Assembly: GCA_026708055.1 (NCBI GenBank) | Contig: JAPOVS010000040.1 | Span: 29,400 to 93,399 of the forward strand | From: a bacterium | GTDB lineage: Bacteria; Actinomycetota; Acidimicrobiia; Acidimicrobiales; CATQHL01 | Direction of reading: 5' to 3' | DNA length: 64,000 bases | In this document: positions 48,078 through 56,997 of the stretch, one piece after another | Layout of the letters: every line of letters begins with the position of its first letter | Position numbering within the stretch: the first letter of the stretch is position 1 | The notes under the pieces: model-generated | The model's database searches: none | What the model was told of the DNA's origin: nothing | The model's input: only the letters and a program-made list of their open reading frames with translations | Translations under genes and position numbers: made by a program

Positions 48078-50153
48078 TCATTCGGATCGGGCCATCTGCA
48101 GGTTGCCCAGCTTGTCCACCTCCACCTCCCAGTGCGGCGGCACCCAGGTGGTGGAGTCCTCCTGGGTCAGGACCAGCGGCCCCGAGAGGCGGCTGCCGAC
48201 ATGCAGGCGGCTGCGTTCGGCGAGGCGCGCGGTGACGGTGCCCTCGCGGGTCAGCACCGGGCGCTCGGTGGTGCCCAGCGGCGCCGTCGAGCCGCTGAAC
48301 GGGATGTGCGGACGCTCGGAGCGGCGGACGCCGCGCACCCGCAGCGCCGAGATCTCCACCGGAATGTCGACGGCCACGGAGTGGAACTGCCGCTCGTACT
48401 CCTCGAAGAACAGACCGCGATACTCCTCCTCGAACTGCTCGGACACCGCACCGGTCTCCAGTTCCACCGTCAGCGCCCGCACCTGGCCGAGGTAGCGCAG
48501 GTCGATGGAATATTCGAGGCGCTGGCGCTCCGGGGCGACGCCGTCGTCGGTCAGCCGCCCTCTCATCGCCTCGGCCAGCCGGTCGAAGACCTCTTGCAGG
48601 CGGGCGCGGTCCGCCTCGGCGAGCTCGCAGATCAGCGCCTCGCCTATGTCGTGGGTGATGTCCACGTACAGGCATCCCAGGCCGGATGTCACACCCGGCG
48701 CCAGCGGCACGACGATCCTCCTGATCCCCAGCACGTCGGCCAACTCGGCGGCCATGAGCGGCCCGGCGCCGCCGAAGGGGACAAGGGTGAAGTTGCGGGG
48801 GTCCAGACCGCGCTCGACGGTCACGACGCGGATGGAACGCGCCATGTTGTTGTTGCAGATCTCGATGATCCCCAGCGCCGCGTCGGCCACACTCAGCCCG
48901 AGTCGGTCGGCGAAGGATTCGACGGCTCGGTGCGCCGCGTCGGTGTCCAGACTGATGCCCCCCGCGAGCCCCACGTCGGCCACGAGGCGCCCCGCCACCA
49001 GGTTGGCGTCGGTCACGGTGGCGTCCGTGCCACCCCGCAGGTAGGCGGCCGGACCCGGGTCGGCCCCGGCGCTCTGGGGCCCGACGTGCGGCAGGTGCCC
49101 GGCGTCGACCCAGGCGATCGAACCCCCACCGGCGCCGATGGTGACGAGGTCGATGGCCGGGAATCGTGCCGGCTGGCCGAACCGCGGCGAGAACTCGTGC
49201 ACGATGTCCGCCCGGCCGCCCTGCACAACGGCGATGTCGGCGCTGGTACCGCCGATGTCCAGCGAGATGACCTCTTCCAGACCCTCCGAGGAGGCGAGCA
49301 CGCCGGCCGCCACGACCCCGCCGGCCACACCCGTGGACGCGGCGACACCCTCGGCGGCCTTGGCTCCGGCGGCGGGACCGGACGTCAGCAGGCGGGCCGG
49401 GAAGCGCGAGGCGCTCTCCACGGTCAGCAGCCCTCCCCCGGAGTGCATCACGTACAGGCGGCCGACGAAACCGGCTTGGCGGAGCCGGCTCTCCAGCGCC
49501 GTCAGGTAGTCGCTCACCACCGGGGCCAGGTAGGCGTTGAGCACGGCGGTGGAGGTGCGCTCGAACTCGGGGGGTTCCGCCAGCAGAGCCGCGGAGGTGC
49601 TGACGAACGCGCCCGGAACCTCGGACCGGACGATCTCCGCCGCCTCGTCCTCGTGGACCGGGTTGACATAGGAGTGCAGGAAGGCGATGGCGAAGGTGCC
49701 GACGCCCCGCCGTGCCGCCAGGCGGGCCGCGGCGCGCACCTGCTCGGCGTCCAGGGGGATCACCACATCGCCGGCGTAGTCCAGCCGCTCGGTGATCTCG
49801 AAGCGGTTGCGGCGCGCCACGAGCGGCGGCGGCGGGTCCCACTGGATGTCGTAGGGATCGCCCCGGTTGTGGCGGCGCAGCTCGAGCACGTCCCGGAAGC
49901 CCCGTGTGGTCAGTAGCGCCGTGGCGGCGCCCCGCTGGGTGATGACCGCGTTCGTGGCGACCGTGGTGCCGTGGGCGATCATCTCGATCTCGGGGACGGC
50001 GATGCCGGCGGCGGTGATCGAGTCGAGGACGCCCTGATCGAATGCCGCGGGGGTGGAAGGAACCTTGGCGATGCGCTGCTCCTCGCCGCGCACCGCCACC
50101 AGGTCGGTGAATGTCCCGCCCGTGTCGATCCCGACCTGCCAGCCGCCTTGCAT
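48078..50153 (-). CDS. hydantoinase/oxoprolinase family protein (HyuA-type), copy 1
   Basis: Contains VGIDTGGTFTDLVAV, LDIGGTSADIAVV and FGGAGP motifs. 691 aa. Confidence 0.9.
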   Translation of the reverse strand: MQGGWQVGIDTGGTFTDLVAVRGEEQRIAKVPSTPAAFDQGVLDSITAAGIAVPEIEMIAHGTTVATNAVITQRGAATALLTTRGFRDVLELRRHNRGDPYDIQWDPPPPLVARRNRFEITERLDYAGDVVIPLDAEQVRAAARLAARRGVGTFAIAFLHSYVNPVHEDEAAEIVRSEVPGAFVSTSAALLAEPPEFERTSTAVLNAYLAPVVSDYLTALESRLRQAGFVGRLYVMHSGGGLLTVESASRFPARLLTSGPAAGAKAAEGVAASTGVAGGVVAAGVLASSEGLEEVISLDIGGTSADIAVVQGGRADIVHEFSPRFGQPARFPAIDLVTIGAGGGSIAWVDAGHLPHVGPQSAGADPGPAAYLRGGTDATVTDANLVAGRLVADVGLAGGISLDTDAAHRAVESFADRLGLSVADAALGIIEICNNNMARSIRVVTVERGLDPRNFTLVPFGGAGPLMAAELADVLGIRRIVVPLAPGVTSGLGCLYVDITHDIGEALICELAEADRARLQEVFDRLAEAMRGRLTDDGVAPERQRLEYSIDLRYLGQVRALTVELETGAVSEQFEEEYRGLFFEEYERQFHSVAVDIPVEISALRVRGVRRSERPHIPFSGSTAPLGTTERPVLTREGTVTARLAERSRLHVGSRLSGPLVLTQEDSTTWVPPHWEVEVDKLGNLQMARSE

Positions 50154-50240
50154 GCTTCGAGCCTCCCTGTGGTGCGCTGCACCGCGCCCCGGCGTCAGCG
50201 TGAACCTACAACACCGCCGCGGCCTGCTCGAAGTCCGGCA

Positions 50241-50438
50241 TCAGGATTCGGCGGCCGATTCCTCCAAGCGGCGCAGCCGACCGAAGAGACGCTCGCAGGT
50301 CTCGTCGCAACAGCGCCGGGTCTCCCCGCCGTCGGGCTCGATGAAGCTCCAGTAGCGGGCGATGAGGAGGTTCCCGCAGACGTCGCAATAGTCGACGGTG
50401 GTGTCGTGCCAGTTCTTGTTCAACTCATGCCACGCCAT
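50241..50438 (-). CDS. small Cys-rich protein (65 aa), possible zinc-binding accessory subunit
   Basis: Reads MAWHELNKNWHDTTVDYCDVCGNLLIARYWSFIEPDGGETRRCCDETCERLF (CxxC...CCxxxC). ATG 50438 overlaps the upstream hyuB-type stop by 14 nt. It lies between the two HyuA/HyuB pairs. Confidence 0.55.
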   Translation of the reverse strand: MAWHELNKNWHDTTVDYCDVCGNLLIARYWSFIEPDGGETRRCCDETCERLFGRLRRLEESAAES

Positions 50439-52245
50439 CGCGCATGCTCCTTCGCAACGCCACGGTGGCGGGCTCGTCGACGGCCAAGCCGTCATCCGGA
50501 GTGCCGTCGAGAACGACGCCGTAGAGCGATTCGGCGGAGACGCGGCTCACGAACCCCAACTCGACGTCGGCGAGGACCTTCGCGGGGTCGCGCTCCAGCG
50601 GGTCGCCGTAGCCACCACCCGACGGTGACGTGATGCGCACCCGGTCTCCCCGGCGCAGGCGGATGTTGGTGAACTTCGAGGGTGAGATCAGCCCGAAGGC
50701 GTCCTGGAAGGTCTCGTAGCCGTCGCTGCCCGCCGGAGCCACCTCCAAGGCGGTCCGGCTGCCGTCACGGCCTCCGAACAGCCCCCAGGGGGAGCGCTTC
50801 ATTCGCTCCGAGAGGGCGCTCACGGTGATCACGTCGCCCGCCACTTCCATGACGCGCCGCACACCGAGCCCGCCCCGGTGCCGCCCGGCACCGCCGGTGT
50901 CGTCGTTGAGGCAGTACTCCTCATGCACCCAGGGCCACTTGGTCTCGAAGATCTCCACCGGGGTGTTCCGGCAGTTGGCGTGCGGCACGATCTGGGCGCT
51001 GTTGCCGTCGCTGCCGGCCCGCCCGCCCCAGCCCATCCCCTCGAAGTGGTAGTGCGCGTAGTACTCGCCGTTGCGGGGGTCGACCCCGCCGAACAGGAAG
51101 TTCAGCGACGTGTTGCCGCTGGCGGCGGCGGCCCTCTCGGGCAGGATCTGGCTGAGGATCTGACCCAGCACCAGTTCCATGATGCGCGGCTGGAACTCCG
51201 TCTGGCCGCCGACGCACGGCCCGGGCAGGCGCACGCAGGTGATGGTCCCCGCCGGGGCCACCACCTTGACGGGTCGCACGATGCCGGCGTTGACCGGCAC
51301 GTCGCGGGCCAGGACGTACAGCAGGCCGTTCAGCGAGGCCGACAAGGTCACGACGTAGGGGGCGTTGATGGGCCCGATGGCCTGCTCATCGGATTTCGAG
51401 TAGTCGAAGATCAACTCGTCGCCCTCCACGATGATCCGCGAGCGGATCCAGTAGGAGCGGTCCGATATGCCGTCGTCCTCCATGCAGTCCTCGCCGGTGT
51501 AGATGCCGTCGGGGAGGCCGGCGATCTCCGAGCGCATGTACGCCTCGGCGTAGTCGAGGATCTGCTCGAAGGCCTCGTTGAGCCCGTCGGTGCCCCGCTC
51601 GGCGATGAGGCCGCCGATCCGCCGCGCCCCCACCCGCAGCGAGCCGACCATGGCGTGCAGGTCGCCCCAGGAGTTGTCCGGCGTGCGGTGGTTGGCGAGC
51701 ATGATCCGCCAGATGTCCTGCACCGGCTCGCCGCGGTCGAAGAGCTTGGTCGGCGGGATGCGCAGGCCCTCCTGGAAGATGTCGGTGGCCGTCGCGGCGA
51801 AGGAACCCGGCGCCATCCCGCCGATCTCGGCGAGGTGGGCGATGTTGCCCACGAAGGCCGCCAATTCGCCGTCGTGGTAGACGGGCGCGACCATCATGTG
51901 TTCGGGCAGGTGCGAGCCGCCCCGGTAGGGGTCGTTGTGCACGAAGATGTCGCCGTCGGCGAAGTTCTCCGGGCCCACCTCGCGGATGATCCAGGTGGCG
52001 GCGTACAGCGAGGCGCCCAGCATCGCCGGGTTGATCCCCGCCGTGGCGATGAGCCGGCCGCGCCGGTCCAGCACCAGGGTCGAGAAGTCGAGCCCCTCGG
52101 AGAAGATCGGCGAGTAGGCGGTGCGCATCATGGCGAAGGCCATCTCGTCGCAGATGTTCCGGACCCGCTTGTAGAGCAGCGTGAGACCCACCCGGTCGAT
52201 GCCGGCGCCCGGCAGCGGCGTGCCGGTCATGGATGTGCCGGTCAT
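50425..52245 (-). CDS. hydantoinase B/oxoprolinase family protein (HyuB-type), copy 2
   Basis: Contains DRVGLTLLYKRVRNICDEMAFAMMRTAYSPIFSEGLDFS, GDIFVHNDPYRGGSHLPE and SGGGYGDP. ATG 52245 forms an ATGA overlap with the hyuA copy 2 stop. Confidence 0.9.
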   Translation of the reverse strand: MTGTSMTGTPLPGAGIDRVGLTLLYKRVRNICDEMAFAMMRTAYSPIFSEGLDFSTLVLDRRGRLIATAGINPAMLGASLYAATWIIREVGPENFADGDIFVHNDPYRGGSHLPEHMMVAPVYHDGELAAFVGNIAHLAEIGGMAPGSFAATATDIFQEGLRIPPTKLFDRGEPVQDIWRIMLANHRTPDNSWGDLHAMVGSLRVGARRIGGLIAERGTDGLNEAFEQILDYAEAYMRSEIAGLPDGIYTGEDCMEDDGISDRSYWIRSRIIVEGDELIFDYSKSDEQAIGPINAPYVVTLSASLNGLLYVLARDVPVNAGIVRPVKVVAPAGTITCVRLPGPCVGGQTEFQPRIMELVLGQILSQILPERAAAASGNTSLNFLFGGVDPRNGEYYAHYHFEGMGWGGRAGSDGNSAQIVPHANCRNTPVEIFETKWPWVHEEYCLNDDTGGAGRHRGGLGVRRVMEVAGDVITVSALSERMKRSPWGLFGGRDGSRTALEVAPAGSDGYETFQDAFGLISPSKFTNIRLRRGDRVRITSPSGGGYGDPLERDPAKVLADVELGFVSRVSAESLYGVVLDGTPDDGLAVDEPATVALRRSMRDGVA

Positions 52246-54362
52246 GGTCGGGCCTCGGCGTCGCTGCGGGCGATGATCAGGCACTGGCTCTCGTGCACCG
52301 TGGCCCGGAACCCGGGCGGCACCCAGGTCGTGGAGTCCGCCTCCTCGATGACGGCGGGGCCCTCGAGCGTCTCCCCCACCTCCAGGGTGTCGCGATTGGC
52401 GATGAGCGCGTCCACCCACTGCCCGGCCGCCGCCAGGACGCGCCGGGTCGCCGGCGTCGTGCCGTCGCCACCGCCGGCGTAGGGGCGGATGAGCACCTCC
52501 GGCGCCTCCGAGAGGGCAGTGGCGCCCAGGTAGACCGACTGGATGGGCTGGTCGCGCATCTCGTAGCCGTAGGCGGCTTCGTGGGTGGTGTGGTAGCCGT
52601 CGGCGAGTCGCGCCACGAAATCAACCGCCTCGGGGCCGATCGGAACGGCGAGTTCGAAGCTGCGGTCCACGTGGCCGAACTCGGTGCGGATCTCCTGCTC
52701 GTAGTTCTGGCCGAGGTAGCGGCAGGCCACGTAGGTCGTGACGTCGACGGGCGCGTCCGGCCGCCGCAGCTGCGACCGCAACTCCGCGACGGTCTCATCG
52801 GCGAGACGGCCCAGGGCGCCCGGCAGATCCTCGGACCCCGCGTGGTCCAACCGGCGCACGAGCGTGATCCGCCGGTCCACGCGCTGGTCGGCGATCACGG
52901 TGCCGTAGGCGGAGACGAGTCCGGGATTCGGCGGCACGATGACGCGGTTCATCCCCATCCGCCGAGCGATCTCGGTGGCGTGCAGCGGCCCGGCACCGCC
53001 GTAGGCCACGAGGTCGAACTCCCGGTAGTCGAGCCCCCGGTCCACGGTGACGAGACGCATGGCGCCGTCCATGTTCTCGATGGAGACCGACACAATGGCC
53101 TCCGCGGTGTCCTCCGGCGTCAGCCCGAGACGATCCGCGAGGGGGTCGATGGCGCTGCGGGCCCGATCGGCGTCGAGGTTCATGCGCCCACCGAGGAAGT
53201 AGCCGGGGTTCAGGCGCCCCATCACGACGTTGGCGTCGGTCACCGTCGGCGCCTCGCCGCCGAGGCCGTAGCACGCCGGGCCGGGCTCGGCTCCGGCGCT
53301 CTCGGGGCCGACCTTCAGCAGGCCGCCGGAGTCGATGGAGGCGATCGACCCCCCGCCGGCGCCGATCGCCGTCACGTCGAGGATCGGCAGCGCCAGCGGC
53401 AGCCCGAACTCCACCTCGAACAATCCGGAGAACTGCAACTCGCCGTCCACGATGACGCCCACGTCGGCGCTGGTGCCGCCCATGTCCAGCGTGACCGCCT
53501 TGGCGGTGTCCACCGCGCGGGCGAAGTGGGCGCCGGCGATCATCCCCGCGGCGAGACCCGAGAGCACGATCTCCACGGGCTTGGCGGTGGCGTCGGGAAT
53601 CGCCACGTGGCCGCCGTTGGACCGCAACAGGCCGTGCCAACCGCCCATCTCGAGGGCTTGCAGTTCCCGGAGGAGGTCGCCGGCGAAGTTGGCGACGATC
53701 GGCTTGACATAGGCGTCCATGGCGGTCGTGTTGGACCGCTCGTACTCGCGCCAGATGGGCGCCACTTCGCTCGAGATCGAGACGGGCAATCCCCCCAGCG
53801 CTTCTTGCAGGGCCGCTGCCAACTCCTGCTCGTGCGTGGGGTTCACGTAGGAGAAGAGCAGGGACACCGCCACCGCCGGCTTGTGGTCATCTGCGGTGAT
53901 CCGGCGCACCTCGTCGATGACGCGGTCCAACTCCGCGCCGGCGAGCGCCGTGCGCACCGAACCGTCGGCGAGGATCCGCTCGTTGACGCCGACGACCCGG
54001 TCGCGCGGCACATAGGGCTCGGCCTTGATCCACTGCAGGTCGTACAGGCCCTGCCGGTCGATGCGCTGGATGTAGAGGACGTCCTCGAATCCGGCGGTCG
54101 TGATGAGCACCGTCGGCGCGCCGCGCCGCTGGATGAGGGCGTTCGTGGCGATGGTCGTCCCCATGATGAAGGAGTCGACCTCGCCCCGCGGATCCACCCC
54201 GGACCGCTTCAGGGCGTCGAAGGTGGCCCTTGCCGGCTCGGCCGGCGTGGAGGCGACCTTCTGGAGGCGCACCTCACCGCCCGGCCCGACGGCGACCAGG
54301 TCCGTGAACGTCCCGCCGGTGTCGACGCCGATCCGCCAGGCGCCGTTCGGGCCCCCGGTCAC
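52242..54362 (-). CDS. hydantoinase/oxoprolinase family protein (HyuA-type), copy 2
   Basis: Contains RIGVDTGGTFTDLVAV, LDMGGTSADVGVI and YGGAGPLHA. 706 aa. Confidence 0.9.
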   Translation of the reverse strand: MTGGPNGAWRIGVDTGGTFTDLVAVGPGGEVRLQKVASTPAEPARATFDALKRSGVDPRGEVDSFIMGTTIATNALIQRRGAPTVLITTAGFEDVLYIQRIDRQGLYDLQWIKAEPYVPRDRVVGVNERILADGSVRTALAGAELDRVIDEVRRITADDHKPAVAVSLLFSYVNPTHEQELAAALQEALGGLPVSISSEVAPIWREYERSNTTAMDAYVKPIVANFAGDLLRELQALEMGGWHGLLRSNGGHVAIPDATAKPVEIVLSGLAAGMIAGAHFARAVDTAKAVTLDMGGTSADVGVIVDGELQFSGLFEVEFGLPLALPILDVTAIGAGGGSIASIDSGGLLKVGPESAGAEPGPACYGLGGEAPTVTDANVVMGRLNPGYFLGGRMNLDADRARSAIDPLADRLGLTPEDTAEAIVSVSIENMDGAMRLVTVDRGLDYREFDLVAYGGAGPLHATEIARRMGMNRVIVPPNPGLVSAYGTVIADQRVDRRITLVRRLDHAGSEDLPGALGRLADETVAELRSQLRRPDAPVDVTTYVACRYLGQNYEQEIRTEFGHVDRSFELAVPIGPEAVDFVARLADGYHTTHEAAYGYEMRDQPIQSVYLGATALSEAPEVLIRPYAGGGDGTTPATRRVLAAAGQWVDALIANRDTLEVGETLEGPAVIEEADSTTWVPPGFRATVHESQCLIIARSDAEARP

Positions 54363-54393
54363 GCCCGCCCTCGGCCAGCGGCGCTCATTCGCC

Positions 54394-55173
54394 CTAGTGC
54401 TCCGGAATGGCGGCCCGAGCGTGCAGCCCGCCGTCCACCGAGATGACCGTGCCGCTCACGAACGTGGAGTCGCGCGAGCAGAGGAAGGAGACCACCCCGG
54501 CGACCTCCTCGGGCGTCCCGACCCGCTCGAGGGCGTGCGAGAGCCCGAGCAGCACCTGGCGCTCGGGCGGGTGCGACGTCTCGAACATGTCGGTGCGGAT
54601 GTAGCCCGGCGCGATCGCGTTGACCCGAACCCCCGCCGAGCCCAACTCGAGGGCCAGCCCGCGGGTGAGATGGTTGAGCGCGCCCTTGGCGGCCAGGTAG
54701 CTGATGATCGTCTTGCAGGCGACGAGCCCCATGACCGAACTGACGTTGACCACCGAGGCGTCGCCACCGGGGCCGCCGGCCGCCGCCCGGAGCGCCGGCT
54801 CGAGGGCGCGCACCAGCTCGAAGGCGGCGCGCACGTTGATCTCCATGACGTCGTCCCAGTCAGCGCCGCCGAAGTCGGCGATGTCGCCGACGCGCACGAT
54901 GCCGGCGTTGTTGACCAGCGCGTGTATCGCCGGGTGGGCCGCGGCCAAGTCCTCACAGACCGCCGCCAGCTGCTCACGATCCGTGAGGTCGCAGACGACG
55001 ACCTCCGCCTCCCCGCCCCCGGCACGGATCTCGTCGCGAATGCCACCGAGCAGGTCCGCCTTCGTCGCCAACAGTGAGACACCGAACCCGTCTGATGCCA
55101 GACGGCGGGCGACGGCGGCGCCGATCCCCCGGCTCGCCCCCGTCACGACGGCCCAGCGTTGATCGCTTTGCAC
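54394..55173 (-). CDS. SDR family oxidoreductase
   Basis: Start is GTG 55173, preceded by GGAGGGAAG. Contains VVTGASRGIG, NNAG and S...YLAAK motifs. The track ORF extends spuriously to 55437. Confidence 0.88.
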   Translation of the reverse strand: MQSDQRWAVVTGASRGIGAAVARRLASDGFGVSLLATKADLLGGIRDEIRAGGGEAEVVVCDLTDREQLAAVCEDLAAAHPAIHALVNNAGIVRVGDIADFGGADWDDVMEINVRAAFELVRALEPALRAAAGGPGGDASVVNVSSVMGLVACKTIISYLAAKGALNHLTRGLALELGSAGVRVNAIAPGYIRTDMFETSHPPERQVLLGLSHALERVGTPEEVAGVVSFLCSRDSTFVSGTVISVDGGLHARAAIPEH

Positions 55174-55417
55174 CGCTTCCCTCCCCCGAGTCGACCCCAC
55201 AGGCCGCGAAGATCGTAGCGGCAGGCCGCTGGTGCGCCGAAGTGGGCGAACCAACAAGCCACCGCGGCCGCAATACCACGTCCGGGACGGCACGTGTTGC
55301 GCGCCCTGTGGAAATTGTCCCCAAGTTGGGAACAAGTGGTGGACAATCTGCGGTTCTGTATCGGATGCGAAACCAGTCAGCCGTTGCGCCGCGGAAAAAA
55401 TCGATAATCTTCCGCCC

Positions 55418-56890
55418 GTGCCCGAGTCGCTCGACACTCTCGTGCTCGGACAGCGGATCCGGTACGAGCGGCGCCGGAAAGGGCTGACTCTCGCGGCGCT
55501 GGGCGAACTCGTGGGCCGCCCCGCTCCCTATCTCTCGCAACTCGAGAACGGCCGGATCGAGCCGCGCCTGTCGCTGCTGGGTGACCTGGCCGAGGCCCTG
55601 GGGTGCAGCGCGGGCGACCTGCTGAACGGCGAGGCGCCGACCCGACGAGCCGACTTGGAGGTCCGGCTCGCCCGCATCCAGCAGACCGACGCCTACCGAT
55701 CGCTGAGGCTGCCCGAGTTGAAGGCCACGGCCCGGCTCCCCGACGCCGCCCTCGAGCATCTCCTGGCACTGCACGACGCCTGGCGTGACGGCTCAGAGGG
55801 CCGCTCCGCCGCCACCGGAGGCCCCGCGGTGGATCCGGTGCGGCGGGCGAACATCGTGCTGCGGGCGCAGATGCGTGCCCGCGACAACTACTACGGGGAG
55901 ATCGAAGAGGTTGCGAACGCAGTCCTCAGGGCCGCCTCCTACCCCGGTGCCGGCCCGGTGTCCGAGCGCATCCTGCTGGACCTCGCCGATCACCTGGGCT
56001 ACCGGATCGACCGGGTGCGCGACATCCCCCGCTCGACCAGGTCGGTCACCGACCTGCGCCGCCGGGTGATCTACATCCCCCAGCGCGACGAGTTGCCGAC
56101 GCGCGCCGCCCGGTCGGTGGTGCTGTCCACCCTCGGCCATTTCGCGCTCGACCACTCCGACCCCGAGACCATCGAGGACTACCTGCGCCAGCGGGTGGAG
56201 TCCAACTACTTCGCCGGTGCGGTGCTGGCGCCCCAGAGCCCGGCGGTGTCACTGCTTCAGGAGGCCGCCGGCGAGGGCGACATCGCCACCCAGGACCTCA
56301 AGGACGTCTTCTACGTGTCCTACGAGATGGCCGCCCACCGGCTCACGAACCTCGCCACCGAGCATCTCGGAATCCCGATGCACTTCATGCGGGCCGATGA
56401 GGAGGGGCTCATCTCCAAGGCCTACGAGAACGACAACGTGCCGTTCCCGACCGCGCCGGACGGGAGCCTCGAGGGTGTGCGTGTCCCGACCTCGTGGGCG
56501 CCGCGCCAGGTGTTCCACTCCGCCGACACCTACGCCACGTACGCCCAGTACACCGAGACGGACGCCGGCGACTACTTCTGCGTCACCCAGGTGGACACCA
56601 CCCGCGATCACGGCCACACCGTGACCGTCGGCACGACCGCAGCCCATGCCGGGCGCTTCCGGGGCAGCGGCACCGCGCGCCGCATCGTCTCTCCGCAGGC
56701 GACCCGCACCCCCGGCCCCGGCGCCGGCGACGGGCCCCCGAGCGATCGCAGGGTGTGGGCCTCGGCTCGCGACCGCGAGTTCGTTCTGGGCCCGCTGACC
56801 TCGCCCGACGGCGCCCTGGCGCCCTCGCCGGGCGTCTCCATGAGCGAGGTCCACGCCTTCCTGGATCGCCACCGCGGCGACGACAGGTAG
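55418..56890 (+). CDS. XRE-HTH plus ImmA/IrrE-like domain regulator, ScfR/PrpR/RamB type
   Basis: The HTH is LGQRIRYERRRKGLTLAALGELVGRPAPYLSQLENG. It is followed by the long domain typical of short-chain fatty acyl-CoA regulators. It is divergent from the SDR/Hyu operon. Start is GTG 55418. Confidence 0.8.
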   Translation: MPESLDTLVLGQRIRYERRRKGLTLAALGELVGRPAPYLSQLENGRIEPRLSLLGDLAEALGCSAGDLLNGEAPTRRADLEVRLARIQQTDAYRSLRLPELKATARLPDAALEHLLALHDAWRDGSEGRSAATGGPAVDPVRRANIVLRAQMRARDNYYGEIEEVANAVLRAASYPGAGPVSERILLDLADHLGYRIDRVRDIPRSTRSVTDLRRRVIYIPQRDELPTRAARSVVLSTLGHFALDHSDPETIEDYLRQRVESNYFAGAVLAPQSPAVSLLQEAAGEGDIATQDLKDVFYVSYEMAAHRLTNLATEHLGIPMHFMRADEEGLISKAYENDNVPFPTAPDGSLEGVRVPTSWAPRQVFHSADTYATYAQYTETDAGDYFCVTQVDTTRDHGHTVTVGTTAAHAGRFRGSGTARRIVSPQATRTPGPGAGDGPPSDRRVWASARDREFVLGPLTSPDGALAPSPGVSMSEVHAFLDRHRGDDR

Positions 56891-56997
56891 CCCTCCGGTC
56901 AGGTTCTCCGCTCGCCCCGCACGGACCGGGGCGCGCAGCGGGCCGACGGGCCGCCTTGCGCGTTCGGGGCGTGCCCCGCACCGACAGCGCGGACAGA

